A DNA stretch of 63,452 nucleotides, the filler included, from Octopus bimaculoides (taxonomy: Eukaryota), in assembly GCF_001194135.2 (NCBI RefSeq). It is 6 parts of 6 records of this genome, joined end to end, with 100 filler letters (N's around TTAATTAATTAA, not from the genome) between each part and the next. Parts side by side here need not be neighbours in the genome. Positions count along the whole stretch, not along the records: positions 38,129 to 57,988 come from NC_068993.1; 5 more parts are not named here. One strand, given 5' to 3'. Numbering within the stretch: the first letter of the stretch is position 1; every line of letters begins with the position of its first letter. The position numbers and the translations under genes are program-made. The notes under the pieces are model-generated. The model worked only from the letters and a program-made list of their open reading frames with translations, made no database searches and had not been told where the DNA came from. Positions 38,129 through 52,366 of the stretch are shown piece by piece.

Positions 38129-39469
38129 ATATATATATATATATATATATACATGTATATACGTACATATATATATACATATATGTATATATACATATGC
38201 TCATTATATATATATATATTTATACACACACACGTACATATATATATTTACATACACAACTTGTTTTCTGAAATACAAAATTATCAATTGAGCTTTCTCA
38301 GTCGACCTAAAACAGTTTTTCTTCTTTTTTTCTTTTATTTTTCCTGAAACATTCTTCCTTGAACAGCACTTTTACCATTTTATCCAGGAATCAATAATAT
38401 GTTAAACATTTCAATATGAAACATTTAAAATAGATTTCCGTTAATCAAAGTTTTATGTTTTATGCAGGGAAACAGAAATATTGCAACATAAAGTTTGTGG
38501 AGTCACATTAGAAAAATCTGAAATTGTTTTCTAAGTTATTTTTATTTTTCATTTATTCATTTATTTTTTGGTATTTTGTGGAATCATGAATTAATTTCCC
38601 AGATTGCTCATGATAATTTTCATTTTGAAATGTGATTCGAGAATTCAGAACCATTCATTCCTTCTTCTTCATGATCATCCACATCATGGTATTCTAAATA
38701 TCATCTCAACAGCATCAGTGTCATCATTGTTGTCGTCATTGTCAACATCCTCATCATCCATCATCACCGCCATAATCGTCATCACTGCTCCTCCTCCTCC
38801 TCATTGTCATCATCATCATTACCACTGTCATCGTCGTCATCCTCCTCCTCATCATCATCTCAGCATCATGTTCATCATCATCATCATCATCATTATCATT
38901 ATTATAATGATTGCCATTTTGCATTTGCATATACTTTACAAATATTATACACACATCGTTAGTGTAATCTAACTTTGTTTTTATGTGTGTATATTAATTC
39001 ATCTCTAGCCTGGCCAACTTTCACACAAATCATTGAATGCTCGGTTCAACCATCTCTATATTATCAGAATGAATATTTTTTGACTCAGCTCAAAATATCC
39101 ATGGGTTCTGGTGACTGAAGAGAAGAAATGAAGTCAAAACACTGTTTGGCAACGATCGGTTGGTGTTTTTTATGTACCACCAGCATGGAAGCCAGTCAAG
39201 GCAGCACTGGCACCAACCACATTTGGATGGTACTTTTTACATGCCTCCGGCACAGGGATCACAACTATAATTTCCATTTGATTTTGATGTTGATGTACTT
39301 GACTCAGTAAGTCTCCTCAAGCACAGCATGTCACCCTACAATCCAAGGTGCTTTTCAATGGGTTGGTTATGCAACACTGATGTAGGTTACAGCTGTGAAC
39401 TCACTTTATATGCCAGGTCTTTGCAGTCACAGCATATTTCCAGAGGTCTCGGTCAAAGTGGATAGAACA

Positions 39470-39790
39470 TCGATTGGCTATGACACAAAGGACTGTGGAA
39501 AGATCCATGCTCGGAATATCAGTATGAGAACATATTCGAAATGAAAAGATTCATGAATGGAAAGAAGTGAGCCATGTGATCATAGAATACCGAAAACTCA
39601 AGTTCCACTGGGCCAAAGATATCACAAGCTCCACAGACAACAGAGGTGGATCTGTGCAGTTGCCAAGAGGTATCCAAGAGATAGTGGCCTAGTCAAAGAA
39701 TTTGGGTCAAGATAGAAAAGAATGGCACAATTAAAACAGAAAAGGAAGCGCATTGTGACCAGTGGTGCATAACAGCATCTTATAGTCTTG
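39470..39790 (+). mobile_element. RTE-clade LINE C-terminal remnant (second family)
   Basis: TQRTVERSMLGIS...EHIRNEKI...V..VIIEYRKLKFHWAKDI...TDNR, matching the RTE motif QR.MERSMLG.S....IRN..I....V.DV....LKW.WAGH. Confidence 0.7.
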
Positions 39791-40636
39791 TCAATACTAT
39801 AATACTGTGAGATACTATAAAAGACACTGGATTAATTAACATTCAAAATATATCATCCACTAGATTACATGTTTTATTCTCTGTACCAGGAGATTATTTT
39901 TCTCATGGTAGTATTTCATGATATCTTTGTGCAAAAGTTCTTTAATTACATATGAGATTAATAGACAACCTTTGTAGATGAGGGCTACAGTTAGGGGCCA
40001 GCTCAAGCAATATCACCTTCAATTTTCATTATAAAATGCGCTTATGGTTTGTATGAACCAAACTACTGACCATTCAAACAAAAAAATACTCTGAAGCAGA
40101 AAGCAGAAATTTTGACTGCATGAGATGATAGCCATCTGGATGTGTTTGAAGGTGTTCAGTGAATCTCATGAATTTGAATAGAAAGTCTTTGGTGCTGAAG
40201 CACATTATTCTATGAAAAGTTTGGAAATCAACAGATTTATTTGTTTAATATTGTCTCTATGGAATAAATATATTCTACTAAACTTGTGTTTTTATAAACC
40301 AGCTCACTGAAACTTGTTTTGCACTGAAGTTATTACACTGGAAGATTTGTTTTACATTGTCAACTTGATCTTGTCTGCTATTTTGTACAACATATTTTAA
40401 TTAGTAGTATAAGCACATGAAGCACAGACAATCAAAATAATGATGTATTCATTTATTTGTAACATTATTGTAGACTAGAACATGAAAGACAGCCTTTCTG
40501 GAATTTTGTCTTGGAGAAAAATTCTTTCCTATTGACATTGTTTGTAAAATTACACTGAGTCAAACCCCAAATGACATCAGCAGACCACCAGATCATATGT
40601 TTTGACATAATTTCACCACATCAGTTGTAGATACCC

Positions 40637-40802
40637 ACCTCAGTCATTTAAGGCTCTGCCAGAGCTACTTCCAATATAGAAAACAACAAAATAAATACTA
40701 ACTTGCGTTTGTTCAGACTTGCTAAGCTAGAACTGATTTCGTATAATTACACAAAGCAGTTGGATTCAAAATAGCTCTGGCCTAGCACCAAATGACTGAG
40801 GT
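40637..40802. mobile_element. Putative MITE (about 31-bp imperfect terminal inverted repeats)
   Basis: ACCTCAGTCATTT/AAATGACTGAGGT (13 bp) and CCAGAGCTA/TAGCTCTGG (9 bp) with equal 9-nt spacers; no clear TSD. Confidence 0.5.
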
Positions 40803-41699
40803 AGTGCCACCACTGAGGATGTGAAATTATGCTGAAACAGTATGTCTGTTGATTCATTGATATCACTTGCAGCTCATCTCAATGTGTAATTGCACACCAA
40901 GTGTAACGGGAGAAATTTTTCTCCAAGACAAAACCTCACAGTAGATGCCTTTTATTTTTTAATGTGTAGGATGATGTTTAAAATATACACATCTTTATAG
41001 TATGAATGGCTTTAGAATAGGTATCTTGTGAAAGAACACAATGTGCTACCAGGCATTGAACTCAAGGCCTTAAGATCATGAGCCAAATGTCCTTACCACT
41101 TAGCTATATGCCCTTCACAAGAAACAAAATAATGAGATATTACAAGAATGAAACAAACTTAAAAGGAATCAAAATAAGAAAGAATTTTTCAAAACATCAC
41201 TTTACCGTTTCCATGCTTTTATGAACTGCCGAAGGTCATGATATCTTTTAAAAAAACGTAATAAAACTTAATTGTTGTAAAGTTCTCTTGCAATGGCTCC
41301 ATTGATCATCTTGTTGTTGTCTGTCAGATGGAGTACAAACCAATATTTCCTATCAGCAGAAATGCCAACATTGAGCACTAACCAATCACCTTTATAGTTC
41401 TCACTTCTGAAAGCAATAAAGAAAAATCAATAGGAATATGGTTCCTACAAATATAGAATTTGCTTGTTAAATATTTAGTCTCAAAGATTAATTTCTCTTT
41501 CTGTTTTTTTTGTTTTTTTTGCTTTTTTGCTTTTTTCATCAAACTTAATTCCATGCACTATGAGGGGAAGATTAGAAAGGATATTCTGATTCATAAGACT
41601 AATATCATCTCCATCATATCATCATCATCATCATCATTGTCCTCACCGTCATCATCATCATCATCATCAACATCATTACCTTCATCAAAGTCATTGTCG

Positions 41700-41830
41700 T
41701 CATCATCATCATCGTCGTCATCATCGTTTTTACATTCACTTTTCCATGCTTGCATGGGTGAGATGGAACGCATTGAAACAGGTTTCTCCACAGCTGAATG
41801 CCTTTCCTGTCCCCAGCGCTCACCTTTTTC
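41700..41830 (-). mobile_element. RTE-tail SINE/LINE 3' fragment
   Basis: Reverse complement GGAAAGGCATTCAGCT...CCATCTCACCCATGCAAGCATGGAAAGTGAATGTAAAACGATGATG matches 37450-37570. Confidence 0.65.
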
Positions 41831-42555
41831 CAATTAAGGTAACGTTTCCCCGTGAATAGAAATGCTTTAATGGAAGACTGGAAAGGAATGACACCATAGT
41901 TCTATGATGGTGATGATGATGATGATGATGATGCTTACAAATGTAATGTGATGCCACAATAAGGAGACAAACATACACATAAACAAGCACACACACATAC
42001 ATATATACATATATACATGTACAAACACACATATATACATATATGATGGATGTTTTTCATGTTACAGCAATCAAAAATGCTAGTTCTAAATTGCAAGCTA
42101 GGGAGCAAACCCCTACCACTTTCTAGCGATGAAACCTGGTCCCGTTGCTAGAAGATGATAGGGCTTCACTCTCCTGCTCACAATATCTCAGATGCTGCTC
42201 TGCATCGTTAACCAGCTAGGGGAGATGTCCTCTTGGGGTTAAGAAATCACAGAAAAGTCCATTCAAATGGATAGCCATGTTGAAGTGGCTACGAATATCA
42301 CTTGTTTTTTCATTTTCCATCTGCTAAATCTACTCATATGGCTGTAGTCAACCCAGAGCTACAGCAGAATGACCCTTGTCCAAACTGCCAAACATTAGGA
42401 CTGAACCTGTAATCTTGTGGCTGGGAAACAAATTTCTTAACCACACAGTTATGTCCGCACCAAATATATTTACAATATATAAATTATGATAAATGAGTTT
42501 AAATAATCATTTTCCATGAAAGTGAATGTACAAAATTTTTTTAGTGCTAACCTAT

Positions 42556-42649
42556 GTACATTATTTACATTATTTACATTTGATGGATATATGTCCTCAT
42601 CTTGTTTATTGTAAACACAACGTCTTGGCTGATGTACCCTCCAGGCAGG
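42556..42649 (-). mobile_element. Decayed copy of the Penelope-type terminal repeat, hammerhead core deleted
   Basis: TACATTATTTACATTTGA.GGATAT..GTCCTCATCTTGTTT.TTGT.AACACAACGT.T.GGCTGAT.TACCCTCCAG aligns to 18639-18725. Confidence 0.85.
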
Positions 42650-42665
42650 AAGTGTTATCAATAGT

Positions 42666-42858
42666 GGTTTCAAATTTTGGCACAAGGCCAGCAATTTTGA
42701 AGGAAGAATGTTGATACCATTGACTCGAATACTTAAGTGGCTTTTTATTTTCTTAATCCTGAAATATAAGAAGCAAAAGTTAACCTTGGCAAGATTTGAA
42801 CTCAGAAAAATTCAAGCATTTTGTCCAGCATGTTTACAGTTGTGCCAACACATCGCCC
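42666..42858 (-). mobile_element. SINE family B, full length and CpG-decayed
   Basis: TTTCAAATTTTGGCACAAGGCCAGCAATTT...GATTTGAACTCAGAA...AAGCATTTTGTCCAGCATG. Confidence 0.7.
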
Positions 42859-44149
42859 TAGTAATACCAATAATAAATGCATTCACATTCATTTGTGTTT
42901 TCTTCTTCAAATTGATCCAGCAATGATTGATTCATTGTTCAATCATGGTTTAATTTCCATTTTTACCTTTTCTTTTTCTTTGGGCCTTCATTTCTAGAAA
43001 ATTAAAGCTGCCAGTTTTGAAATCCACCCAGTGTTGTCAGTGAATGTAACAATCCAAAATACAATATTGTATCTTACATCGTACAGAACTTAAAGGTACA
43101 AGAATGTTGGCAAGAAAACCAAACACCTTTCTAAGAGATAGAAATGACTTCTTTAGTTTATCGCAGGAACCAGAGAGCATTTTTTGGTGCCTATTTAATG
43201 AAACAAAACATAAGTTGGAGAGTGAATGTACTAAAGTATTGTAGTACATTTCTTATAAATCTCAAACAAAAGTTCTTTTCTTTCCCAGCCAATTTTCTCC
43301 AACAGGATTTTCACACACACACACACACACATACTCACATGCACACACACACACACACACACACAGAGGCATAGGCATAGACATGCTCACACACATATAC
43401 ACATATGCATAAATACACAGACATTGCACACACATACACATACACATGCACAGAAGCACACATGCGCATACATATACACATACACACATGCTAATACACA
43501 TTCGCACACACATGCCCATTCACACATACACTGACAAACACACACACACAAACATACATACGTACACACAAGCACAGACGCAGGCACATAAACGTTCACA
43601 CTTACGCGAACACACACCCATTCACTCACACACAAACACACACACACACACACAAGCACACATATGCACAAATACACATGCAGAAAAGCACACACATACA
43701 TACATAAACACACACACTTACACACATATATGCATGCATACACACACACACATACATATACAAACTAACAGGTAAAAACACGCCCACACATACACCACAC
43801 ATGCACATACATACACATACAGTAGAGGTACATTAGATAATATTTTCTTTTACGATTCTTCTTCTTCTTCTTCTTCTTCTTCTCTGTAAGCAAATGTTTT
43901 TTTGTTTTTTTTTTTCTTTGCCATAATCTTCAGAATCCATTTCCTTTTATATATATTATGAAGTAAAAGAAAGAAACCAAAATTGTTTTCCTGTATTTCT
44001 GTTAATTTGTTTGTATCAATATTTTCATATATTTTTGACATTTATTTGTCTCTTTCCAAATAAAACAATACTCAATATTTTGCTATTCTCTTCTGCGGTT
44101 TGTTGTTGTTTTTTTCAACACTCTGTTTATCCTGCTTGCTTGATTTTCA

Positions 44150-44186
44150 TTTTGTTTTGCTGCTATTACTATTATTATTAGTATCA

Positions 44187-44217
<31 letters not shown>

Positions 44218-44241
44218 CATCATCATTATTGTTATTATTAA

Positions 44242-44282
<41 letters not shown>

Positions 44283-44572
44283 TTATTATTATTATCATCA
44301 TCATCATCATCATCGTCATCATTATTATTATCATTATCAAGATTATTATTATTATTTTTATTATTATATACATTCTGTTTATTGTAACATTTCTCAAATC
44401 CTTCATTAGTAATTTATCTTGTAGTTCTTAGCATTTATTTGTGTTTTTTTTACTAGTTTTCTTCTATATTTGCATCATTCTTTGCCATGACAATAATAAT
44501 AATAATAATGATGATAATAATAATAATAACAACAACAATAATAATAATAATATCAATAATAATAATAACAAC

Positions 44573-44615
<43 letters not shown>

Positions 44616-44670
44616 CTGGTGATGATGATGATGGTGGTGGTGGTGGTGATGATGATGATGACGCTGATGA
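44150..44670. repeat. Two oppositely oriented trinucleotide arrays: (ATT/ATC)n then (AAT/GAT)n
   Basis: Direct reading: 44150-44370 and 44490-44670. Confidence 0.9.
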
Positions 44671-46216
44671 TGATAAATATACAATGCGCAAGGAATTTAC
44701 TACCAAAACATTTCATTGCTGTTTTATTTTTCCTTCAGTTTCTTTTCCCCTTCCTTGCATTTCTTATTTAATTTATAGATGTTGTTCTTCTGCCGCAGTA
44801 ATAGCTGAAGTAGTTCTGAGCCGCGTATAAGAATACACTTCTTTATCAGGTCTTAATGTATAAGACAGAACGATAAGAAAGAGAAGAAAAAAAACGAAAA
44901 AAAAAAATCATAAATTAAGAAAACGAAAAGAAAAAACAAAGTTTTACATACATATATACGTGTGTGTGTAAAGAAGAATTATCCAATCCACTAACCAAAT
45001 CTACCTATATTTATTGTGCTATATGGTTATCAGTGAAATGTCATGGTACTGTATTCCTGCAGACCTCTCCAATCTAGCTTAGTGATGCTTCGGTTATTTC
45101 TTATTCTTCTGTTCCTTCTGCAACATCCTTCATTAAATCTAAGGCTTGTTTACTTCTTCACTTCTCATATCTTCATTTTCCCCCTTTCTTACTTTTTCTT
45201 TATATTTTTTTTTCTTTTATTCATTTACTTAGTTTTCTATAGATTCACTACAATTTGATTTTTGTTGCTGTTTGTTTTATATATTTTCTTTGCTTTGCAT
45301 GTGCTAAGTCTACCTTGGTGATTGAACATGATTTATGGTCTCAATATTTATATTCTTGCATTTTAGTAATATAAATGTCTTTATTTGTGTCTTTTTTTTA
45401 AACTTTATTTCGTATCCTTTTTTTATGCCTATTTTATTTCTATATCTGATATCAGTCTGTTTTGAGAATATATCAAATATTTCATGAATATCTCTCCTTC
45501 AATTAGTGAGAATGTCTGGATCCAAATTTACTTCAAAGCTAAGGTTATTTTCTCTCCAGATATAATATACTGTCTTGTGGATTTTGGTTTGTAGGTTAAT
45601 GTAGCAGGGAAACATGTAGGAAATGATTTTGCCCTACTATTTATCATGTTTTGGGCTTGACATGGGATTGCAAAATGGGATGACTTGGGCTTCCAAAATA
45701 ACTCTGTCACTATTCTGCCCCCAGACAGAGTTATTTTGCTTCCTTTCCAACAACAAGGTCTCAGATTCAGTCCCACTGCTTGGTACCTTGAGCAAGTGTC
45801 GCCTATTAAAGCCAATGTTTGAGCAAGTGTCGTCATGTGAGCGGATTCAGTAGAGAGAAATTGAAAGAAGCCCATTGCATGTATGTGTGTGTGTGTGTGT
45901 GTGTGTTGGCATTTGTATTTGTTCTCCAACCATCACATGACAACTTAACAGTTCACCAAAAAGAGCCCAACTGGTGCTGTGTAGAAATAGGTAACAGTAT
46001 ATTTATCCATTTCTGAGTAATGAAGATTATTTAATTAAATTTTAATTAGAGCAGCACTTGCTTTCCTCAAAATACTTTGTTGCACTTTTATGACTATGAA
46101 TGATAATTAACGAGGAAAACATTTTTTTTACAATACCTCGTAAAAAAAGTCTGTTACAATTTGTAAAATTAATTTAGTTTAATCGTTATTTTCATTTGTT
46201 CTGAGATGATCTATAG

Positions 46217-46470
46217 CAGCAGTTCTCACCTGGGGTTCATATGACCCGGGGGTGGTGGGGTGAGGTGGGGGGTCTACATAAGATTTCATTGTTAAAATTC
46301 AAGTTCAATAAATTGTATACAATACATAAAATATTTTAACAATTTCGTTTTGTACAATGGCTAATAAAAAATATAAGAGGACATTTTTAACTATCGAATG
46401 GCTATGTGGGTCCATCCAAGTAAAATAGGAATAAAAGAGGTTCACAGCCAAAAAGGAGTCAGAAACACTG
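46217..46470. mobile_element. hAT (Charlie-like) MITE with perfect 8-bp TSD
   Basis: ATCTATAG at 46209-46216 and 46471-46478; termini CAGCAGTTCTCA / TCAGAAACACTG. An 8-bp TSD and CAG termini are hAT hallmarks. Confidence 0.85.
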
Positions 46471-47339
46471 ATCTATAGTAATATATTGTCATCACTATGC
46501 AGTAGAGTATTGGAGAAAATGACTTACATTGATGTTCTGGGTTCAATTCCTGCTGAAATCAATCCTACTCCTTATTCACCTTTTTTTTTCTTCTTGGTCA
46601 TCAATTAAATACACCAGCAATCATTCCAGATTGGCAAAATCACTGGAGTGTTGGACAAAGTTTTTTAAAGTATTTGTTCTGGCTTTTTTTATGCTCTGAG
46701 TTCAAATCCCATCTAGGTCACTGTTACCTCTGATCTTTTCTGATGTCACTATAACACATCACCATCACAGAGAAGTGGACTAGCAAGACCCTTGATGTTG
46801 TCGCTGGATGGTTTGGCCATCACTAGAGTTGAGCTGGTCAATAAAGATGTATTTCATTGGCTGCATGAATAACAACTGAAGCGAATTCGTAAATATTTAA
46901 TGGAAATATTTATTGCTGGACATAAAGATATTTGGTGTTGGCTATTTACAATGAACAATATTAATGATTGCCAAATGAGAGAGAGAGAGAGAAAAACTGC
47001 TCTGAATATATGGAAAGTTATCTGTGTGCAAACATGCAATCAGTCCAAAAATACACAAAGTCATCTGCACAAATCTCCAAGGTAATCTGTGGCATCAGCA
47101 CTCCATTAGCAGTGTTAGGCTAAGCTATGCACCAAACGGTTTTTAAAGAGGACCAGAAACCAAATTTTAGAACATTCGAGAAAACCTTATCACATCACAG
47201 CCTGATATTGATTGGTCAATTTATAGACTGACCATGTGTAATTACATATATATATAATCATATAAGATAGATAAATAGATAGATAGATAGATAGATAGAC
47301 AGATAAAAGATAGATAGATAGATAGGTATGACAAGTTTC

Positions 47340-47480
47340 GTACAGTTTGTGTCTGCTGAGTTCACTCACAATGGCCTGGGTCTATAGTAAAAGATATCTG
47401 CCTGAGGTGCTATTCGGTAGAACTGAACCCTGAAGCACATTGTTATGAAATAGACTTCTTAACCACACAGCCGTATACCT
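47340..47480 (-). mobile_element. SINE family A, 5' half, decayed
   Basis: TTCACTCACAATGGCC..GGTCTATAGTAAAAGA...GAACTGAACCC...CTTCTTAACCACACAGCC. Confidence 0.65.
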
Positions 47481-49983
47481 TAGTATAGGTAGAAAATAGA
47501 AAGAGATAATATAAAGAGAAAACAGAAAGAAAATATCTGTGAAAAATGAATAAAAATACAACTAAAAATCTGCCAGAAATAAAAGGAAAATGCAGCCATT
47601 GAAAATGTTGGTCCTTAAAATAAGAACTTATATTATTTTGATGTAGTAGAATTTCTTTTGATGTAGAGCAATAATTTAACCATTTCTTGCTGGAAACCAA
47701 TTCCATTTTTTAAGGAGTTGTTATAAAAATTAAGTTATACTAAAGATGTTGTATAGCATATATCGTGGTATAAACTGAGGAGATAATGGGCTGAGATCAA
47801 TTAAATGGTAATATCTTAATAATATAATCACTTTAACGAATTAAAATGTTAGAAATCTGGATTCATAAGTCGAGAGAATATTTGCATCCTTGATGCAAAT
47901 ATTCCAATGAGTTTAAAGCAAGACACATAAAACTCTACTTGCTTCAGTCACTCCAACTAGAAAAAGAGCCTTGTTGCTTTAAAAATGAGCAATTTCCATT
48001 AAGTTAGGTAGCATGTTGAATCATGTATTCAGGCTAAAATGTTTTAAAATTTGCAATTCTAATCCACGAAGCAAAGTTCGTATAAATATCTTTAAATTAT
48101 GCTACCTTAATATTGCTATAAAAGTTGATGTGGCATCAAATGTTTCCTTCATATTATGGGAGCACAAATAAATGCTCGATGGTATATTATTAAAATTTTT
48201 ATATTGGCATCACATAATTGTTCTAGAACCATTGCAGCATTCTTTTCTTTTCTTTTTTTTTTATCATTTTGCAGGATGTTAAATATAACAAATAATTAAA
48301 TTTGTGAAGTAGAAGAGTGATACCTAAATTTAAGAAGCAGACAAATATCACCGGCAATTTATCTAGAGGACAACTCAAGCAATTGACCTTTCTTGTCAGT
48401 AAATGAGCATCAATGTGTATTACCTGACGTTGTTTTAGTGGGATTATAACATTTGGCTCTTGTGTTTGGTCAAGAAGACATACAGTGATGATGAAATTTC
48501 ATTGAAAATAAATTCCTTTATTTATAGAAATTTCTAAGAAAGAGTTCATAAATATTTGGCAGTAGCACTAGCTAAAAACTAAATTACATGTTTGGAGCAT
48601 GTTACTGACAAATTAATGAGTATTTCTGATTTAATTTGGGAAGGTAAAAGATAATGTATCAAGACTGGTGTCAAATAACTATCATCGATGACGAAGAAAT
48701 CACTCACCAGTAAAATAAATCCATGTAAATAGGTTTAATGTTAAAATTAGAATTAACTTTAAAAAAAAAAAAATATCAATTTTCAAAGATTATACAAAGT
48801 AGAAAGATCAGTTTTGGTGAGGATTAATGAGGAAGAAAATTAAATTCCTTTTAAAGACTGCTGCATATATAAGATTAATTATCAGAGAAGTTAAAAAGAT
48901 ATGGTAATAATCATTTGTAATGAGTTTTGGTATTAATAATTAAATGAGAGTAGAGTTGTTGTCATTTCCAAATAGCAACGAAATAAAATTAATTAAAGTT
49001 GTATTTCCTTTTAATTTTCCTTAACAACAGTTTCCTTGAAACCCAATTCGTGTACGTTATTTGGAAAATAATGTAAATTCTTGCCATTATAACTACAAAT
49101 ATATTTACCGATATTTTGTTTTTACTCTCCTTCTTTTCAGATTTACCATGGATTTGATATATCTGAAAAGCCTTGTTACTATCCCCACCTCCATACCAGT
49201 AACCACCACAACCACGAGTAATCATGTGTATAATGTCTTAGAATAAGACTATGGAACCATTTTAATTTTGGTAGAAATTACATTCTGTAAGAACCATTTT
49301 GCTATTTTACAACTCACAAAACTTGTTATAGTCATTTTTCATTTATTCTTTGAGGTTTCTGTCACAGTTCAGACTCATCATCGTTGTTATCCTTTCATTA
49401 CCACGTTTTCGCTTGAAACATTGCCTATTTTCTGTAAATTTGGAAAATAATGAAGAATCTTATAAAATAACTTTTTCATTATAAAGCTGTTGTTAGTATG
49501 AAATTTTGATGGAACATTTTAATTTAAAACTGAAAGTTTGTATCATGGAACGAGGGACAGTCACAGGCAGGCTGATAACAGGCTAAATGTCCATGATTCC
49601 AAGCTTCAAAAAGTGAAATGGAATCTGTAGAGACAGATTTTCAGTGGCCAAGTACCCTTGCTTGTTACCTGCTTCCTTACAAGTTGTAATTTCTTTCCTA
49701 TTTCTTCAAACACAGTAGCACAATGGCCAGACATGTTTTCATGGAAGAGAGTAAAAAAAAAAAATAACACAGCTGGCATGGCAGTGCTAAAGGGTTAAAC
49801 AAGTCTCTCCACTTTACACCCACAGGCCTAAGTACCTTTTATCTCTCCTATCATATCTATAAAGGTCTTGTTTTCATTAAAGGATGATGATGATGGTGGT
49901 GGTGGTGGTGGTGATCGTCGTCATCGTCGTCGACGTCGTCGTCGTTGTGGTTGTGGTGGTCACGGTGGTCATGGTGGTCATGG

Positions 49984-50023
<40 letters not shown>

Positions 50024-51112
50024 NNNNNNNNNNGCCAAAAAGTATTCTAGTTTTGGGCCATGTCATCTAATATTTATTTCGTTTTCAAACTATATTATCT
50101 TGTATGCCCCTCACTATTTAAAAACAGTGAACTGTGGTTTGAGGATGGTTTGACTGTTATATCATGTAAACAAAATGGTCACACAAAGTCTCCCTCAACT
50201 TTGTGCTAATCATCATTATGTGGAATGTGTGTGATCAACGTTAAAGATCATGGAATAAGAATATAGAAAGATGATAGAATGTAGAATTTATAGAAAACTT
50301 CATGGTTTTAGCAGCATGTTAGTTCATTAATAGTAAGAATACTTTTGAGATTAATTACCATAATTTCATGGTCCAAACACAAACATCAAACCAGTTTGCA
50401 TGGAAATATTTCTTTCCAAGAGGTCAATAAGTTGTCAGCATCTTATTGATTTTCAGAAACAATAAGTTCTAAGTGGAGAAAAGCCAATTTTTGACAAATT
50501 GTACGTTTAGAAGGAGCTGCTACATAATGGAGATATTGGCTTGCTGCAGCTTTAAGGAAATATCTCTGGTTGGTATTGGAACAACGAAATTCATTCGATG
50601 ATGTTTTTATTGAAAAGCAGGAGAGTAAAAATTGACTAAATGTTTGACAAAACTTGTATTAAAACAAAGATCTCTGATATGTCTTTTAATAGTTTTTTTC
50701 AAGCTTTCTGTTTCTCCACTTCCTCTTTCACCATTTATTCATGTAGCTATGGTATTCCACTCTTATTCTTTGCATCACCATTCTGGAACACCCATCTGGT
50801 CCAGAATATCAATCTAATGGAAATGGGCAATGAAATAAATATCCTTGGTCGGTCATTTAACAATACCTAGAACAGTTTGCTTCTCTGGGCTTTGAAACAC
50901 TAAATCTTTGACATACAACCAGATAAATACCCTTCATCAGACATCATTTCTTGAACATCTTTCTCTGGGCTGACTTTGACACACTAATGCAGTCGTTGTA
51001 CACATCAAATTCTATCAAATAGTTAAATCTATACTAGAATGAAATACGAATATTAAATGATGATGAGGTTCTATTTGTGTGTGTGTGTGTGAGTCTGTGT
51101 GTGTGTGTGTGT

Positions 51113-51163
<51 letters not shown>

Positions 51164-52219
51164 TGTGCAGGCATGTGTTTGGGTGAGTGTGTGTGTATGT
51201 ATAGATGTAAAAACATAGTCAGGAGGTTTGACTATACATACATGTGCACATCCTGCTGCTTTGTGCAGATAGTGTGAGAACAAAAGTACCTGTATTGGAC
51301 ATGTCAAATGAAAATCACAAAGCTTACTTTAAAACCAGATTTAAATAAAGCACCTTCCATATATAATACGATAGTGATATTCCATTCAATATTCTTCATA
51401 TACATGTATTGGTGATACCATTATCAATACATGATATTTTCATATGATGTTACATCAATAACAATGGTGGGAGGGAAGATGTATTTCTTCCAAGATTTTG
51501 TTGCAATATGTCTATAGAAGATGACATATTGATGGAGGTGAGTTACGTTATATTAATAAGTGTTGGATTAATCAACGAGATTACGGCTCAGTAGTTTTGT
51601 CCATTGGAAGCAATAAAATATATCGATCCCACCTTCATTTTTTTTTACATTTGTATCACTACTGTGAAATTAGTTTTATTTAGATTTATTTTTCTGTATC
51701 GGAAAAACATACAAACAAAAAACAGTAACCAACAGAGGGATTTAACATTTTTTTTTTCTATGTATATGTGTGTATGTGTGACTGTTGATTATTGTATCAA
51801 TAAAACTAAAGTAAATAGAGTTTGCTTTCGTTGCTGCTAGTATATCTCCTTTCTGTGCCAGCTCTTTCGATTGGTAAATAGATGCTCATTAGCAGAACAA
51901 TGATAGGGGCTGAAAAACCTTATTTTCTTCTTGTCTTTATTTCAGCAAAAGTAATCTTTTTTAAAAAGAACTTTTCCGCATTTATTACTTATTTATTTTA
52001 TTTCCATTTTATTTTTATTTCCTTTTACTTTTCTACGCTTCAGTGATTTTGAAAATATTCCCTTGTCAGCAAGCAGGAACATTAATGAATATTGTTGATC
52101 TCTTGTTTAATGACACTAAGACTGTTTATTTATTTTCATTTTTATTTCTATCATTATTTATATATGTATATATATATATATGTATATATTTTTCTTTTTC
52201 ACCCTTTTGTTAGAAATAG

Positions 52220-52366
52220 AGAAGTGCTAGATTCTGCTCTATTCACTTTAAGAGGTTCAGTGATTCCATTCAAAGAACATGGTATTTGTTGATGCAGAAG
52301 TATTCCTTGCTTTATGAAGCAGAAGTTAATGTGTGGAATTATGCTCAGTTTTTTTCTATCTTCAAG
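52220..52366 (+). CDS. Candidate internal coding exon (49 codons, phase 0-0) of an unidentified gene
   Basis: Polypyrimidine tract 52189-52209, AG at 52218-52219, open frame RSARFCSIHFKRFSDSIQRTWYLLMQKYSLLYEAEVNVWNYAQFFSIFK, donor AAG/GTAAGA. Requires skipping a first AG 6 nt upstream. Confidence 0.3.

Noticed and set aside
49120-49245. Plus-strand acceptor CTCCTTCTTTTCAG followed by short open frames
   Set aside because: Only weak donors and no recognisable peptide; cannot be distinguished from chance.
50700-50960. Minus-strand IDILDQMGVPEW, possibly an ancient RT fragment
   Set aside because: Too short and degenerate to assign.
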